The notes under the pieces: model-generated
What the model was told of the DNA's origin: nothing
The model's database searches: none
What the model saw: only the letters and a program-made list of their open reading frames with translations
Shown: positions 1-13,748 of the stretch, one piece after another
Layout of the letters: each line of letters begins with the position of its first letter
Position numbering within the stretch: position 1 is the stretch's first letter
Source: Hemiscyllium ocellatum
Lineage: Eukaryota
Direction of reading: 5' to 3'
Assembly (NCBI RefSeq): GCF_020745735.1
Contig: NC_083424.1
Span: 29,064,999-29,128,998, forward strand
Length of the DNA: 64,000 nucleotides
Made by a program: the position numbers and the translations under genes

Positions 1-1114
1 AATAAAAACATCCACAGTTGCTTCAGAAGGATATTATAGAATACAATTTTACTGAAACCATTGAAGGACATTGATGTAATTGGAGAGTGATTTGGGAGAT
101 TGCCATAATGTAGTTTATTAATTTGTCATTAATTTAAACTGAATTCTGTTTCCTTCCAGATTTCTTCCCCTCAAGATTTTACTTGAGCTACTCAGCATTA
201 ATTTGTAATTATTCTTGTGAAACAGAAGTGTGTTAATAGGCTGATCATAGATGAAAGGAGTCATTGCCAAGCTTGATCCTATCCCGCGTAACATCTTTAC
301 ATCCTGCTTTCAACATTGCTGATTGTTATTTAGCAATCCAATGGGAACATTTTTCGTCCTGTCTGGGTTGGGGCAGGGGAACCAGGAATGTGCTTTCTGC
401 TGCTGTCGTGATTTGTGGAATCGATGTTGGTCAGTGTTTTAAACGTTACATTGATTCACTAAGTGAGGATCAATGCAAGGTTAAGGAATGCAAAAATATT
501 GTACTTTAGGTTTGGTGATTACATTTAACGTCACAGAAGAGTCATGCTCTTGTGTAGAAAGAATGACTGACTGAAGTAAGCCTTTTCGTAAATTGTGATG
601 TGTCTAGTTCAATAGTTAGTTGTTTAGTAAACCTTAAGGCACTGATGAAATTTGACTTGGAGAATAACGAGGCAAATATTTTTAGAAAGTCAGTTGAACT
701 GCTATTTTTCTCTTAACTGCTGTTTCTTATGTTAGGCACTATTAATGGTATCATGATTGTGTAGACACTTTTCTGTTCCTACTTAAATTTCAAAAACAAA
801 ATGCTGGAGAAGGAGTTAACGTTTTGAGTCCAGTGACATTTTCTTCTGACAAAGTCACTGGACTTGGTGTTAATGAGCTTGCAGTAAACAGATATGCAAT
901 CACGGAGAAATGAATGGGAATCACTTAGTGCTGCAGTGACATTTCTGCCTGATAAAGGAACTTGTAAATGTTAAGTTCATGTTCGAAAACATGAATATCA
1001 TGGTTATGATTTCCTAATTGAAAATCCTTTCAAGAATTGTCTCTGAAAAGAAACTAGAGTAACTTATAAAATGTAGGCTTATCAAACAAAAAAGTTGGCA
1101 ACTGCCTTGGTATG

Positions 1115-1207
1115 TATCCTGATGAAGGGCTCTGGCCCGAAACGTCGAATTTCCTGTTCCTTGGATGCTGCTTAACCTGCTGTGCTTTAACCAGCAACAC
1201 ATTTTCA
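1115..1207 (+). mobile_element. Minimal Penelope pseudo-LTR insertion with 17-bp target-site duplication
   Basis: TSD GCAACTGCCTTG(G/A)TATG at 1098-1114 and 1208-1224. Confidence 0.85.
1116..1150 (+). ncRNA. Minimal type I hammerhead ribozyme motif (intact core)
   Basis: CTGATGA 1119-1125, one extra A, stem II GGGC-TCTG-GCCC, then GAAAC-GTC with palindromic ACGT helix III. Predicted cleavage after 1146. Stem I is very short. Confidence 0.72.
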
Positions 1208-1371
1208 GCAACTGCCTTGATATGGACAATTCATGTCAAGGTGCACTCTGAGCAGTTAGGGGCTATAGTTGCTATCATTAGTCAGGTTGAAGTTCTAAAT
1301 TGCTTCCTGTACTATGATATTCTGCTTTTGAAGACAAGCTTTTTTGTGTACTTGAATGCTTTAAAGTCAAC

Positions 1372-1566
1372 GAGAGGAAAGTGAGAACTACAGATGCTGA
1401 AGAGTCAGTTAAAGGGTGGCACTGGAAAAGGACAGTAGGTCAGGCAGCATCCATGGAGCAGGAGAGTCAACATTTCAAGCACAAGCCCTACAGTCTTGAT
1501 GAAGGGCTTATGCCAGAACTGGATGCTGCCTGACCTGTGCTTTTCCAGCACTGTACTTTTCAAATC
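1372..1566. mobile_element. Fold-back Penelope-derived element (inverted pseudo-LTR pair)
   Basis: ctggaaaag..ggtcaggcagcatcc versus ggatgctgcctgacc..cttttccag; degenerate hammerhead at ~1496. Confidence 0.78.
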
Positions 1567-2769
1567 TGTTTTAGTGGCATATGGTTTTTAAAGCTGTGGT
1601 GTCAAAAGTTGGGGACAAAATGAGCTCATCCAAGAAAATTAGGAGATTTGGTGTATCATAGACAGTAGAGAATGGAATGATATTAATGTGGTCTGGTATT
1701 AAATGTAGCCAACAGTTAAAATTCATTCCTTATTAGTTGGGACTAATTATAAAGTATTAAAATGCTTGTGTTCTGTGGCTAAGATCCTGAGGAACAGAAT
1801 ATGGTAGGAATTGGCTGTTAATCAAATGTGAATGATGATGGCACACAGCTATCGCATTCCACAGAGCATTTGCTGAGTGTGGGTGAATAGTTGACACAGG
1901 TTCTAGTAAATAAAGGGTAAGTTCAAATATTAATTGAAGGTTCAGCACAGTTATCAAGAACCATGGTTATCCATGGACTGGCAGAATGGGATGCAAAAAT
2001 GGATAGCAAATGCAGTTGCTGGTGTCTAGAAGTGAGCTGTGTCAGCAAACACATACTGTATCGATGAAAGAACCTTCATATCTGATCTTGCATTAGTTTT
2101 TTGAAAGGACATATTATAATTGAAGACTGTTGTTTAAATAAATTTCAGTGAAATAAAGCTATGGATCAATGTTGGAGTGAGATAGGATACTCACCACTTA
2201 TTTGGATAAGTACAACTGCAACAATACTCAAGACTATCAACACCATTCAGGATAAACCAGTCTACTTGATCAGCATTCCATCTGCCTTAAACATTCATTC
2301 CCTTTGCTATTGAGACCTAGTGCATACTATAGTCACTATCTACAAAATGCAGTGCAGTAAATCCATTTTGCCAACATTCCACGTATGGATGGAAAACAAG
2401 AATCTTTATTCAAAGTTTCAATTTTAATCTTAAATTTCAATATGAGACAAATCAATGTGTGAGCTTTTAATGCTGATGCAATTAAATTTAACTCTGTCCT
2501 GAAATTGATTGTGGAATAGAAAACAGTGTGGATTTAAATTGGTCTACTAACTGACACATGTTAGTAGTATGTTAACTGTGAGCTGAGCTGGCTTATGTAA
2601 TCATAAATTTGAATTCTCAAATGTAGGTTATTTGAAATTGTATTGAAATTAATGCTGATTAAGTAGGTGATTATAGCATATCTTTTGACCTTAAGACTTG
2701 CAGGGAAAAATGTCATTGAATGCAGCGAATGGTAGGACCCTTTTTGAAAACCGATTGGAATTGAATCAA

Positions 2770-2950
2770 ACAAAGATAAAAGTTGCTGGAAAAGCTCAAC
2801 AGGTCTGGCAGTATCTGAAGAGAAATCAAGGTTGATGTTCTGGTTCCAGTGACCCTTTACTTTAACTTTGATTTCTCTTCGCAGATACTGAGACCTGAGC
2901 TTTTCAGGCAACTTTTGTTTTTGTTTCTGATTTACAGCATTTGCAGTTCT
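2770..2950. mobile_element. Third-family Penelope-derived fold-back element
   Basis: aaagttgctggaaaagctca..gtatctg..gagaaatca versus tgatttctc..cagatactg..tgagcttttc..gcaactttt. Relatives at ~790-875, 56480-56930, 58800-59010 and 62320-62520. Confidence 0.6.
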
Positions 2951-4197
2951 TAAAATTCAATTCCAAATAAAAATCAAATCTATTTGAAGATCAAATCAAT
3001 CTTGGCTGTTGGAAATAGTGGAAAAAGTCTGACACAAGTGGACTTCCAGTGGCGACACTGGCTTAATTGAGATGAGTGCAGAATCATTGAAAGTAAACTA
3101 GAGGGACTAGAATATTTTCACCATGGAAGGGGAAAATGGCATTTCAAAAGTTGTGTTGGAAATTAGAGCAAATACAAAAGATGGCAAAGCAGAGCAAACT
3201 GGAAACTTGAGAGGCAGTAGTGTCTGCAGCATTATCCTTAGATAATATGACTGTGAATCTGCTTATTCAAATATGATGTAGAAAAGTCTGATAAAGGAAT
3301 GTGTTATGTGCAATGTATTGAAAACTGCATTATACACACTTCCACCTACTATACTTTTATTCCTGTAGAGGGGAAATAAAGTTATCAATGTTTTCACAGC
3401 ATGTGGAGCTATAATTTTGAATGCTGTTTCCAGTATTATACTGTGATGGCGGGGACAAGGCTGTGGAAATTCTGGAAATTTGTGTACTTCCTCCAAACAG
3501 CATAATATCTCAAGTTAGGAACGTACGAACCAAGTTAGGCCATTCAACCTGTCAAGGCTGCTCTGCCATTTAATAAGATTGGGCAGTTGAACATTCAATA
3601 ACTTTTATCCACATTATCCCTTGCGCTAATGGTAATTTAAAAATGTTAACAACCCCTAAACATATTCCAAGACTGAACTTCTCAGCCACTTTGGGATCCT
3701 TCGGAATTGGAATCTTTTCACAAATTTCTGAGTAAACAAAATTCTCATCTTTTTTCTAAAAGACGCACACTCATTTTTAAATTGTGTCCCCAGTTCTGAA
3801 CACTCCAAACAGGAGCAGCATTTTGCTTGTACCTACCCTGTTTATCCCTTTTTAGGTGTTTGTAGACTTCAATGAAATCATCTCTCATTCTTTGAAACTT
3901 GATTATTGAATAGAATCACTATAGTGTGAAAACAAGTCATTTGGCCCATCAAGTTCGCACCAACACTCTAAAGAGCATCCCACCCAGATCCACCACATCC
4001 CTGTAACTCTACTTGCATCAGGAAATGAAAAGATCTTGTAAATTACAATGTAAGAGAAAAGTTGAATGACATTTTTGAGACTTGTGGCACCTGTATGATT
4101 TATTTTGTAACCCCCAAAAAAAGCTGCCACCTTTTGACACACGGAGAAGAAAATGACATAACTGGTCAATATTGTACATGAATGAAGCAACTAACAA

Positions 4198-4493
4198 TTA
4201 GATTAGATTCCCTACAGTGTGGAAACAGGCCCTTCGGCCAAACCAGTCCACATCGACCCTCCAAAGAGTAACCCGCCCAGACCCATTTCCCTCTGACTGA
4301 TGCACCTAACATTACGGGCAATTTAGCATGGCCAATTCACCTGACATCACATCTTTGGACTGTGGGAGGAAATCGGAGCACCCGGAGGAAACCCACGCAG
4401 ACACAGAATGTGCAAACTCCACGCAGACAGTTGCCCAAGGCTGGAATCGAACCTGGGACCCTGGTGCTGAGGCACTGAACCATCATGCTGCCC
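4198..4493 (-). mobile_element. HE1-type tRNA-derived V-SINE
   Basis: Reverse-complement A/B boxes, V-core (ggaggaaacccacgcagacac) and LINE-shared tail with (AATCT)n. Confidence 0.9.
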
Positions 4494-5044
4494 ACTGTGA
4501 CTTTAATCAAATGGAATATGTTGAATGAGGAATCAAAACACAATTGAACATGTTCTAAAGTGGGATACATAACACATTTGAGAAAGACAAAGCTGTAAAA
4601 GCTTGTGAAGGTAACAAGATCACCATTATGGAGTTAGGAGTTATTAAAGTTGGCACTGTCCACAATAACCAGCTTAAATTCAACACCTGTGGATACTTTG
4701 ACACCCTCCATTAGGAGAGTCTATGAAATGTTCTCAGACAGGTGTTACTTAGAGATTTCTGTTGCTCTCTACTCTTGGATTTGTCTTTCAGTGAAGATTG
4801 TCTACTATCTATTTTAATAGATTGTGTTGTGATCTCTCAAGGAGTTCTTTGGCTGCTGGGAGAAGAACTGAGGAGGATTTTGTAATGACCTTATTCCTAT
4901 GCAAACAGCAGAGATGTTGCTGAGGTCACCAAGGATTAATGGAGAAGTCGAGCTTTATGCATTATCTAGAAAAAGGTGCAATGTATCCGACAGCTAAGAG
5001 CAAATCTTGGAAGCAAGAGTTGTATTTCTTTCACTGCGATTATC

Positions 5045-5212
5045 ATAGAATCCTACAGTATGGAAACAGGCCATTTGGCCCAACAAAACCACTCTGATCC
5101 TCTAAGGACTCATCCATCCAGACCCATTCCTCTATGTTTACGCCTGATTAATGCACCTAACTTGCACATCCCTGAACACTATAGGCAATTTAGCATAGCC
5201 AATTCACCTAAC
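5045..5212 (-). mobile_element. HE1-type SINE 3' fragment
   Basis: Tail sequence only. Confidence 0.75.
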
Positions 5213-6148
5213 AGTAATTCAGTAATTTGCTTTTCTAAATGATTGCATATAACTGAAATTTAAAATACTAGGCAATGACTCATTTGGTTTTCTTGCCAGG
5301 CTCTATCTCATTGTTCCTTTTTCAAATTACTGACTTCAACTCAATTAACCTGATGTTTGCATTGTTGAGTTGTATTGATTTATGTGGAGAATGCTTTGAT
5401 CATAATAGTAAAATAGAAAATACTGGAAGTGCTATGTTTCTTCATAGATGCTACCTACTCGATCAGCATGTGTTATTCAGGCAGAACTGGGAAATGTAAG
5501 GGACCTACCAGGTTTTAAGAGTACAGCGACAGAGGAAAGGAAGAAAGAACAAACAAAATTAAGATGAGGGCGAAGTTGGGAAAGATTTTGATAGAAAGCA
5601 GTCATTACGACAGAAATTCATGAAAATGATGTGTTAAGTGTGAAGACTAGTGGGATAAAATCTTACAACAAAGAGAACTCTTGTTAGTGGGGGGGAAGGA
5701 AAGAACTGTGAAAAATTCAACGGACACTGACAAGCCCTCCCAGCCATGATAGGCGGCTGTTCATGGATAAGGAAGTGTACAGACCTTTCTAAACAAAGAT
5801 GGCACTGTCATAACAAATGACTAAGAAACTAGGAAAATCCTTTTTACATGCGATGGTGTGGGGACGAGCAGTCAGTTTAGAATTGATGAGCTTGAGTTGA
5901 TTGCTTGAATCAGTGACTACTCATTTTTGATCCATTGGTGAAAGATCTTTTCATTAGTGCAATGTCCCAGCAGAAAGTTGATGAAAATGATCTCTAAAGC
6001 AGGTACATCTATTTATTTTTAGTTGGTATTGATGTGATGTCACATCTACAGAGTGAGCCCAAATCTAAAGAAAGGGCAAGTTTCATACTTGCCAGTGCTA
6101 ACTTGTTTTGAAATCAGGTTGGTTTGTGTAGTTACATGATGACCAATG

Positions 6149-6508
6149 AGGGTGACAATGACCTAGTGGTATTATCTCTGGGCTGTTAACCCAGAGATGC
6201 AGATAATGTTCTGGGAATCGGGTTTCAAATCCTGCTATGGAAAATGGTGGAATTTCAACTCAATAAAAGTCTGGAATTAAGAGACTAATGATTACCATGA
6301 ATCCATAGTCGATTGAGGAGGAAAAACCCATCTGATTCACTAATATCTTTTAGGGAAGGAAACTGCCGTCCTTACCTGGTCTGGTCTACATGTGACTCCA
6401 GGCCCATAGCAATGTGGTTGACTCTTTACTGTCCCCTCAGCATTTAGGGATGTGCGATAAATGCTGCCTGTCCAGCAATGCCTTCATTACGTGAATGAAT
6501 AAGAAAAC
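6149..6508 (+). mobile_element. tRNA-derived SINE of a second family
   Basis: A-box-like tgacctagtgg, B-box-like gtttcaaatcc, and a 3' tail (tgaatgaataa) resembling the LINE end at ~55470-55510. Confidence 0.7.
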
Positions 6509-7049
6509 TTGATGTGCAGCAATCATTTTTGCGCTAATCCTAAAGAAGTAACTGAAGTACCTTTGCTCTGGTAATAATGAACAAGTTCAATGTTGCCAAT
6601 TCCTAGTTTAACTTGAATTTCTTAATTTGAAAAGAGAATGTTTGTTTATTGTAAAGCAAGAAAGAAATTTTGTTTGGAAGCATGAGCTCTAAAGTAGAGG
6701 TAAATGTGTTTCTTGGCTTTTGACTGTGGAGTCAATTTGAGGTCTTTTCAAATCGATTAATGTGAACTTTTGCAGAAATGAGAGCCTGGATTTTCTCTGT
6801 TCTAATAACCTGCAGATTCCTAATTTCAAACTTTCTGGATTTGGAAGCTTTAAAATGTAGACTTTTCTGCTGGAATAACTAGTTCCTGAACTGCCCTAAA
6901 CTTTTTAAGGACAAAATCGAAAGTTTGTTCTAAACCCAACATTGGTATATTCTGAATACAACTGAAAAACTTGCTCCTGAAGTTAATTTAAAAAAAACCT
7001 TGCTCAGTGTGGACGCTTCTGAACTGGAAATAAAGCTAATGCCCTTGTT

Positions 7050-9050
7050 TACCCATCTGTCATAAGGCCATGGAATATAAGGCGTAGGAGCAAAAGTTGG
7101 TGATGTTGCTCATTAGTTGCTCTGTCATTCAGTGAGATCATAGTTGATCTGGTAATCTCCATTCCACTTACCTGCCATTATCCCCCATAACCTTTTTTGT
7201 GTAAATATATTTATTAGCAAATTTTTTTTAACTGTACAAACATATAAAATTATTGAAAAATACAGTCATTAACAAATATCTCTATAATAAAAAGAAAAAA
7301 CACATTACAATACTGTCTCCTAACTATTAACCCACTCTCTAATACAAAAACACTCGAACACTGTGCAAAGCAATACACAAAAAAGAAAGAAAAGCAAAAA
7401 AAAACCCCACAAAATACAGAATAGCTATGCTTGGCACAAAGCTCCCAAATAAAGGAATGTCAGCATTGTGTATATATATCTGCATTAACTCAGGAGACCC
7501 TCTCCAGGGCCCAGGGCTTGACAAATTTAACCATCCTGGTTAAATAAATCTTCTAGTTAAGACAACTGACAAATCTGTTTCCAAATAACGTAAGGCTGCC
7601 ATGTCTTATAAAAATGGTCTGTTGTGTGGTGCACCATGTTTGTAAACAAAAAAGTCAAAGGGAATGTGCTCCAAAATTAATTTCTATCATCCCAGCAAGC
7701 CTGGTGGGTTCTCAGACACCCAATTCATCACACAGATGCAAGAATATTAAATAGTTTCTTCCCATGCCTGTCTAAATATCCCCCATAAATATAGTTAATG
7801 ACTCAACATCTAAAGCTCTTTGCTGTAAGGAATTCAGATTTATTCCCCTCAGAAGAACTTCCTCATCCTTTTTACCCTAAATGCGTGAGACCTTACTATG
7901 AAATTATAGCTTGGCCCAGGGCATACACCAAGAGAACCTCTTAGCATCCATCCAAAATCCTTCTCTGCTACAGGTTTCTGCACTTTCTTGAATTTAAATA
8001 ATATTCAACTCTTCTTCCTGTCAAAGTGCATATCCTCCCATTTTCCCACATTACATTCCATCTGCTACATTGTTGCTGTATCACTTAGACATTATTTTTA
8101 CCACCTGTTTTGCTTGTGGTGCTATTACTTCCATCTTTTAAGTCATTAATATATATTGTAAATGATCGATTGTAGCCCTGGTACTGATTCCTGTGGCACT
8201 CACTTTTTACAGGTTTCCATCCTGAAAAAGAATCCCTTTATAACTGTTTTCTATTAATAAGCCATTTCCCTAACCATGCAAATATAATACTCCCTACACT
8301 GTGGGCAGTTATCTTAAGTAGCCTTCAATTATTATTGTCTTCTGGAAATCTAAATTTATTACATTTGCTCGATCCCCTTTATCCTGCTTGATATCTCTTC
8401 AACAACTTCTGGTAAACTTATCAGGCATGATTTCCCTTCATGAGGCCAAACTGAATCTGCTTAAATACATTAGGGATTGCTAAATGCGCTGCTATTGCAT
8501 TCTTCACGATAGACTACTAACATTTGTTTTTGGAAAAATGTTAATCAGCTGGTCTGTTGTAACTCTTTTTTTTGTCTTTTCCTCTTTTTGAATAAATGTG
8601 TTTTCCAATCCTTTTCTAGAATCTAAGGAATCTTGGAAGATTACTACCAGTGCATCCGCTATCTCTGCAGCTCTATCCTCTAATATCCTAGGGTGTAGTG
8701 CTTAAGGTCCAAGGGACCTATCAGCCATTAGCCCATTTTCTTCTCCTGATTGTATTTATTTCCTCTCTCCTTTCTCGGCACTTGATTAATTCATATTTTT
8801 GGAATGCTATAAAAGAATGCTCCTATGAAGATTGGTGAAAAGTATTTAATCAACATCCCTGCCATTTTCTGGTTTCCCATCATTGCTTTCCTGGCCTCAT
8901 TGTTTAAGGGGCCTATCTATACTTTGGCCTTTTTCCCCTTTTATACATTTAAACAAGTTAAAGAAGTGCTTAATGTCTGCTTTGATACTATTTCTTAGTT
9001 TAGCCCAAAAGATTTTTTTGCCCCTTCAGTTACTTTTTGGTAGTTTAGTT
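7050..9050 (-). mobile_element. Decayed older CR1 LINE fragments
   Basis: Reverse-complement RT-like sequence (ctgattcctgtggcact; catgatttcccttcatgaggcc) and a CR1-like tail at ~7080. Confidence 0.5.
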
Positions 9051-9358
9051 TTCAGAACTTTCGATAATATCATAAACCACTGTCTGAACATCCCTCCAAT
9101 AACACCACAAGTGTCTGCGTTCACCTGCTCACTGACAAACGGCTATATTTTAATCTCCATTCTGGAAGGTGTATTCTCGAATATAGCTTTACATTTTTTT
9201 TTGTCGTAAACTTACATTCTTCCTTTAAAAGTACATTGGCAGTCTTGAGTGAATATGTTCAGTGACTGTTTGTCAGTCTCCAGTCTTTTCCCATAGTCTT
9301 ATAATTATGCAGAAAGGTAAAAATTATACAATTAAATTTTGAAGGCCTCACTTGAATA

Positions 9359-9572
9359 TACAGTTAGTTCTTTTATAACGTGATGGTTGTGTTCTTGTGC
9401 AACCCCATATTATAGAAAAATCGTGCTTTAGAAACAGTGCTTAATGTGTTGGTGTTGTAATCACATTACAACCGACACAGTTTTAAGTTTGTGCTTTAGA
9501 AACAGTGTCCCCAATTTGTCAATTGTGTTACAGTAAATTAATGTTAATAAAACACTGACTATAGCAGAACAA
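9359..9572 (+). mobile_element. Probable Tc1/mariner-pogo-type MITE; reverse copy at ~26470-26672
   Basis: TA|CAGTTAGTTCTTTTATAA terminus; the matching terminus ttatagaagaactgactg|TA occurs at ~26653-26672. Confidence 0.45.
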
Positions 9573-9864
9573 GTTTCTCCTTGTTTACTTTGTCCAGATC
9601 CATTGTCCTTTTGATTAATTATGTCAAATCTCCCCTTTAATTTTTTATTTTCCAAATAACATCTTATCCCAACTATGCATTCCATCTATTCATTACTGTG
9701 AATCCTTTCTGCACTTTATCTTAAGACATTAAAGTCTCCAAATGCCCATTAGAACAGATGAGTTTTGGTCTGCCAACAAATTAGTTGTTTGAATCTGACC
9801 AACCAGTGGTAGGTGGTGGTTGACCAGTTGAACATAATGGCCCCTTCTTTGAAAAAGTCAGTCG

Positions 9865-10750
9865 GGCAGCATCCGAGGAGCAGGAGAGTCAACGCTTCAA
9901 ATGTAAGGCCTTTGTCAGGAATGAAGGTGTGGCTCAAGGGACTGAGATAAATGGGAGGGGTGTGGGACTGGGGGAAAGGTAGCTGGGAATATGCTATGTA
10001 GATGAAGGTGGGGGTGAAGATGATAGGCTGGAGCAGATAGGTGGGAAGGAAGGAAGACGGACAAGTAGAACAGTTCAAGAGGACAGTGCTGAGTTGGAAG
10101 GTTGGATCTGGAATAAGGTGTGGGGAGGGGAAATGAGAAAATTAGTGAAATCGACGTTGATCCTGTGTGATTGGAGGGTCCCAAGGTGGAAGATGAGGTG
10201 TTCTTCCTGAAGGTACCTGGTGGCTAGAGTTTGGTGGTGATCGTGGAGGTCCAGAACTTGCAAGTCCTTGGAGTAGCGGGGGGAGTTGAAGTGGTTGGCT
10301 ACAGGGCAGTGGGGTTGCTTAGTGCATGTGTCCTGACAATTTTCTCTGAAACATTCCACAAGTTGGCATCCTATCTCCCCAATGTAGGGGAGACCACATC
10401 AAGAGCAATTGACACAGCAGATAATGCATGTAGGAGTACAGGTAAATCTCTGTGGTAGGATCCTTTTGAGGCTTTGGCGGTGAGGGGGTGGGGAGTTGTG
10501 GGTGCAGGTTCTGTGCTTTTTGCGGTGGTAGAGGAAGATGCTGGGAGTGGAAGGTGCTGGTGTAGCTGCAGAAGCTGGACTGTTTCATGTACCCAAAGAA
10601 GAGGTAGGCATAGCTGGTGCTCATGCTCAGTGCCCGCACTGAGGTTGCAGGCTGTTGGTGGGCGATCCCCTGAGTTGATAGGCTGTGGATGGTCTGAGAG
10701 ATAATGGCTTGGTGTTGGGAGGAGAGGTCATGTTTGAGGGGGCAGTACTA
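9865..10750 (-). mobile_element. Penelope-like element remnant (RT piece, GIY-YIG endonuclease C-terminus, pseudo-LTR)
   Basis: PVANHFNS...EEHLIFHLGTLQSHRINVDF; frameshifted C..CGLPYIGE; RT-like SMSTSYAYLFFGYMKQS. The pseudo-LTR end matches the short hammerhead-bearing repeats. Confidence 0.85.
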
Positions 10751-11872
10751 TTCTTAATGCTATAGTGATAGTATTTTTGAGTGTAGTTGTGAGAGAACAG
10801 TGATGCTATTCTTGATCCAGTCCTCCCATGTCCTAATTGGTTCTCAATTTATCTGGAGGGATTATTTTCACATGTCTCATTTGTTGAAAGGACTCAGCAT
10901 ACATGTATTGCATTTGCTATGTTAATACATACAGTATCAGTCCAGAATGTCCTTCAGCAACTGAAATATATTTGGGGTTCAGTACCAGGAAGGGTATTTG
11001 TGAGCATCCTATCTTGATTCTGAAAATGCTGTATTGCTCGTGTTAAACTCAACTCTCAACTTCAGTTTTACTGCAGCTCCTTTGCAGCCACAGTTTGGCA
11101 AATAGTGTTGCTAGTAATGGCAACCCAACCCTCAAACCTTTTAAGCATTTAAGCTCTAGTCTGCAGCTTACTGAAACCCATACTGAGCATCTGTGAGTGG
11201 GTTATTGCTGAGTAAATGCAGCTTGATAATGCTATTGGTTCCATGTTTTTTGGTTTGAGAATGGGCTGGAGCTATAGTCAATTAGATTGAATTTGCCTTG
11301 CTTTTGGTGAATGGGCACTTTTTCTTTTCTCTGTCAGGTGGATGTCAGGTTATAGCTAGATTTAGCTAGGAGCACAGCTGTTTCTGGGACTCCAGTCTTG
11401 ATCATTACAGATGGGATGTAATCAGGGCTCATAACCTTTCCTTTGTCCACTGTCTACTATTTCTTTTCCTGGATTGAATCGATTGTGCTGCAGACTTGCC
11501 CCTCTCGAGTTGGGGACTTTGGGAGGAGGCCTAGAAGAGTCTCCATTTCATGCTTCTGGCTGAAAATAGCTTAGAATACAGTGTCGTTTGCATTGACATT
11601 TTGGACTTGATGATCCAGGTCCTGAATAATTGGGAGTCTGAGCTTTTTCCTTGTTCTGCTACTTGCTTTAGTTATCCTTTATCATGACTGGATGTGGCAG
11701 AACTACAGAACTCTTATCTGATCATTGGTGTATGGGTAGCTTGTGAACAGGTTTTTAGTTCTGTTATAGTTTCACTAGGTTTGCACCTCGTCTTTGTGGA
11801 GGTGCCAGTATTAGACTGGGGTGGACAAAGTTAACAATCTCACAACACCAGGTTATAGTCCAACAGGTTTAT

Positions 11873-12177
11873 AAAGTTGTAGAAATGTACAGCACAGAAG
11901 CCGACCCTTTGGTCTAACTCGCCCAGACTGACCAGATCTCCCAACCCAATCTAGTCCCACCTGCCGGCACCTGGTCCATATCCCTGCAAACCCTCCCTAT
12001 TCATATACCCGTTCAAATGCCTTTTAAATGTTGCAATTATACTAGCCTCCACCACTTCCTCTGGCAGCACATTCCACACCTGTACCACCCTCTGTGAAAA
12101 AGTTGCCCTTTGAGTGTCTCTTATATTTTCCCCCCTCACCCTAAACCTATGCCCATTAGTTATGGACTCTCCCACCT
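11873..12177 (-). mobile_element. CR1/HER1-type LINE 3' fragment
   Basis: Reverse complement of the LINE tail (FSQRVVQVWNVLPEEVV...GRWD*). Confidence 0.9.
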
Positions 12178-13740
12178 TGCTTGAAATGCATAAAAGTGGA
12201 TAAATCCCCAGGACCTGATCAGGGGTACCCTAGAACTCTGCGGGAAGCTAGAGAAGTGATTGCAGGGCCTCTTGCTGAGATATTTGTATCATTGATAGTC
12301 ACAGGTGAGGTGCTGGAAGACTGGAGGTTAGCTAATGTGCTGCCACTATTTAAGAAGGGTGGTAAAGACAAGCCATGGAACTATAGACGTCGGTGGTGGG
12401 CAAGTTGTTGGAGGGAATCCTGAGGGTCAGGATGTACATGTATTTGGAAAGGCAAGGACTGATTAGGGATAGTCAACATGGCTTTGTGCGTGGGAAATCA
12501 TGTCTCTCAAACTTGATTGAGTTTTTTGAAAAAGTAACAGAGGAATGATGAGGACAGAGCAGTAGATGTGATCTATATGAACTTCAGTAAGGTGTTCGAC
12601 TGGGTTCCCCATGGGAGACTGGTGAGCAAGGTTAGATCTCATGGAATACAGGGAGAACCAGCCATTTGGATACAGAACTGGCTGAAAAGTAGAAGACAGA
12701 GGGTGGTGTTGGAGGGTTGTTTTTTCAGACTAGAGGCCTGTGACCAGTGGTGTGCCACAAGGATTGGTGCTGGATCCTCTACTTTTTGTCATTTACATAA
12801 ATGATTCTTATGCAAGCATAAGAAGCACAGTTAGTAAGTTTGCAGGTGACCCCAAAATTGGAGGTGTAGTGGACAGCAAAGAGGGTTACTTCAGGTTACA
12901 ATGGGATCTTGACCAGGTGGGCCAATGGGCTGAGAATTGGCAGGTGGAGTTTAATTCAGATAAATGCAAGGTCTGCATTTTGGGAAAGCAAATCTTAGCA
13001 GGACTTGTACACTTAATGGTAAGGTCCTAGGGAGTGGTGTTGAACAAAGAGACCTTGGAGTGCAGGTTCATAGCTCCTTGAAAGTGGAGTCGCAGGTAGA
13101 TAGGATAGTGACGAAGGTGTTTGGTATGCTTTCCTTTTATTGGTCAGAGTATTGAGTACAGGTCATGTTGCAACTGTACAGGACATTGGTTAGGCCACTG
13201 TTGGAATATTGCATGCAATTCTGGTCTCCTTCCTATCGGAAAGATGTTGTGAAACTTGAAAGGGTTCAGAAAAGATTTACAAGGATATTGCCAGGGTTGG
13301 AGGATTTGAGCTATAGGGAGAGGCTGAACAGGCTGGGGTTGTTTTCCCTAGAGTGTCAGAGACTGAGGGGTGACCTTATAGAGCTTTACAAAATTGAGGG
13401 GCATGGAGAGGGTAAATAGGCAAAGTATTTTCCCTGGGGTCGGGGAGTCCAGAACTAGACTGCTGAGGGGGAAAGATATAAAAGAGACCTACGGAGCAAC
13501 TTTTTCATACAGAGGGTGGTATGTGTATGAAATGAGCTGCTAGAGGAAGTGGTGGGGGCTAGTACAATTGTAACATTTTAAGAGGCATTTTGGATGAGTA
13601 TTTGAATAGGAAGGGTTTGAAGGGATATGGGCTGGGTGCTGGCAGGTGGGACTAGATTGGGTTGGCATGTCTGGCCGGCATGGACGGGTTGGAACGAAGG
13701 GTCTGTTTCCATGCTGTACGTTTCTAGACTCTGACTGCCA
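12178..13740 (+). mobile_element. 5'-truncated CR1/HER1-type LINE (RT and 3' end)
   Basis: ORF fragments KSPGPD, DWRLANV, GVPQG and LVRPLLEYC; highly similar to 31220-33080. Confidence 0.93.
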
Positions 13741-13748
13741 TCCATCGA

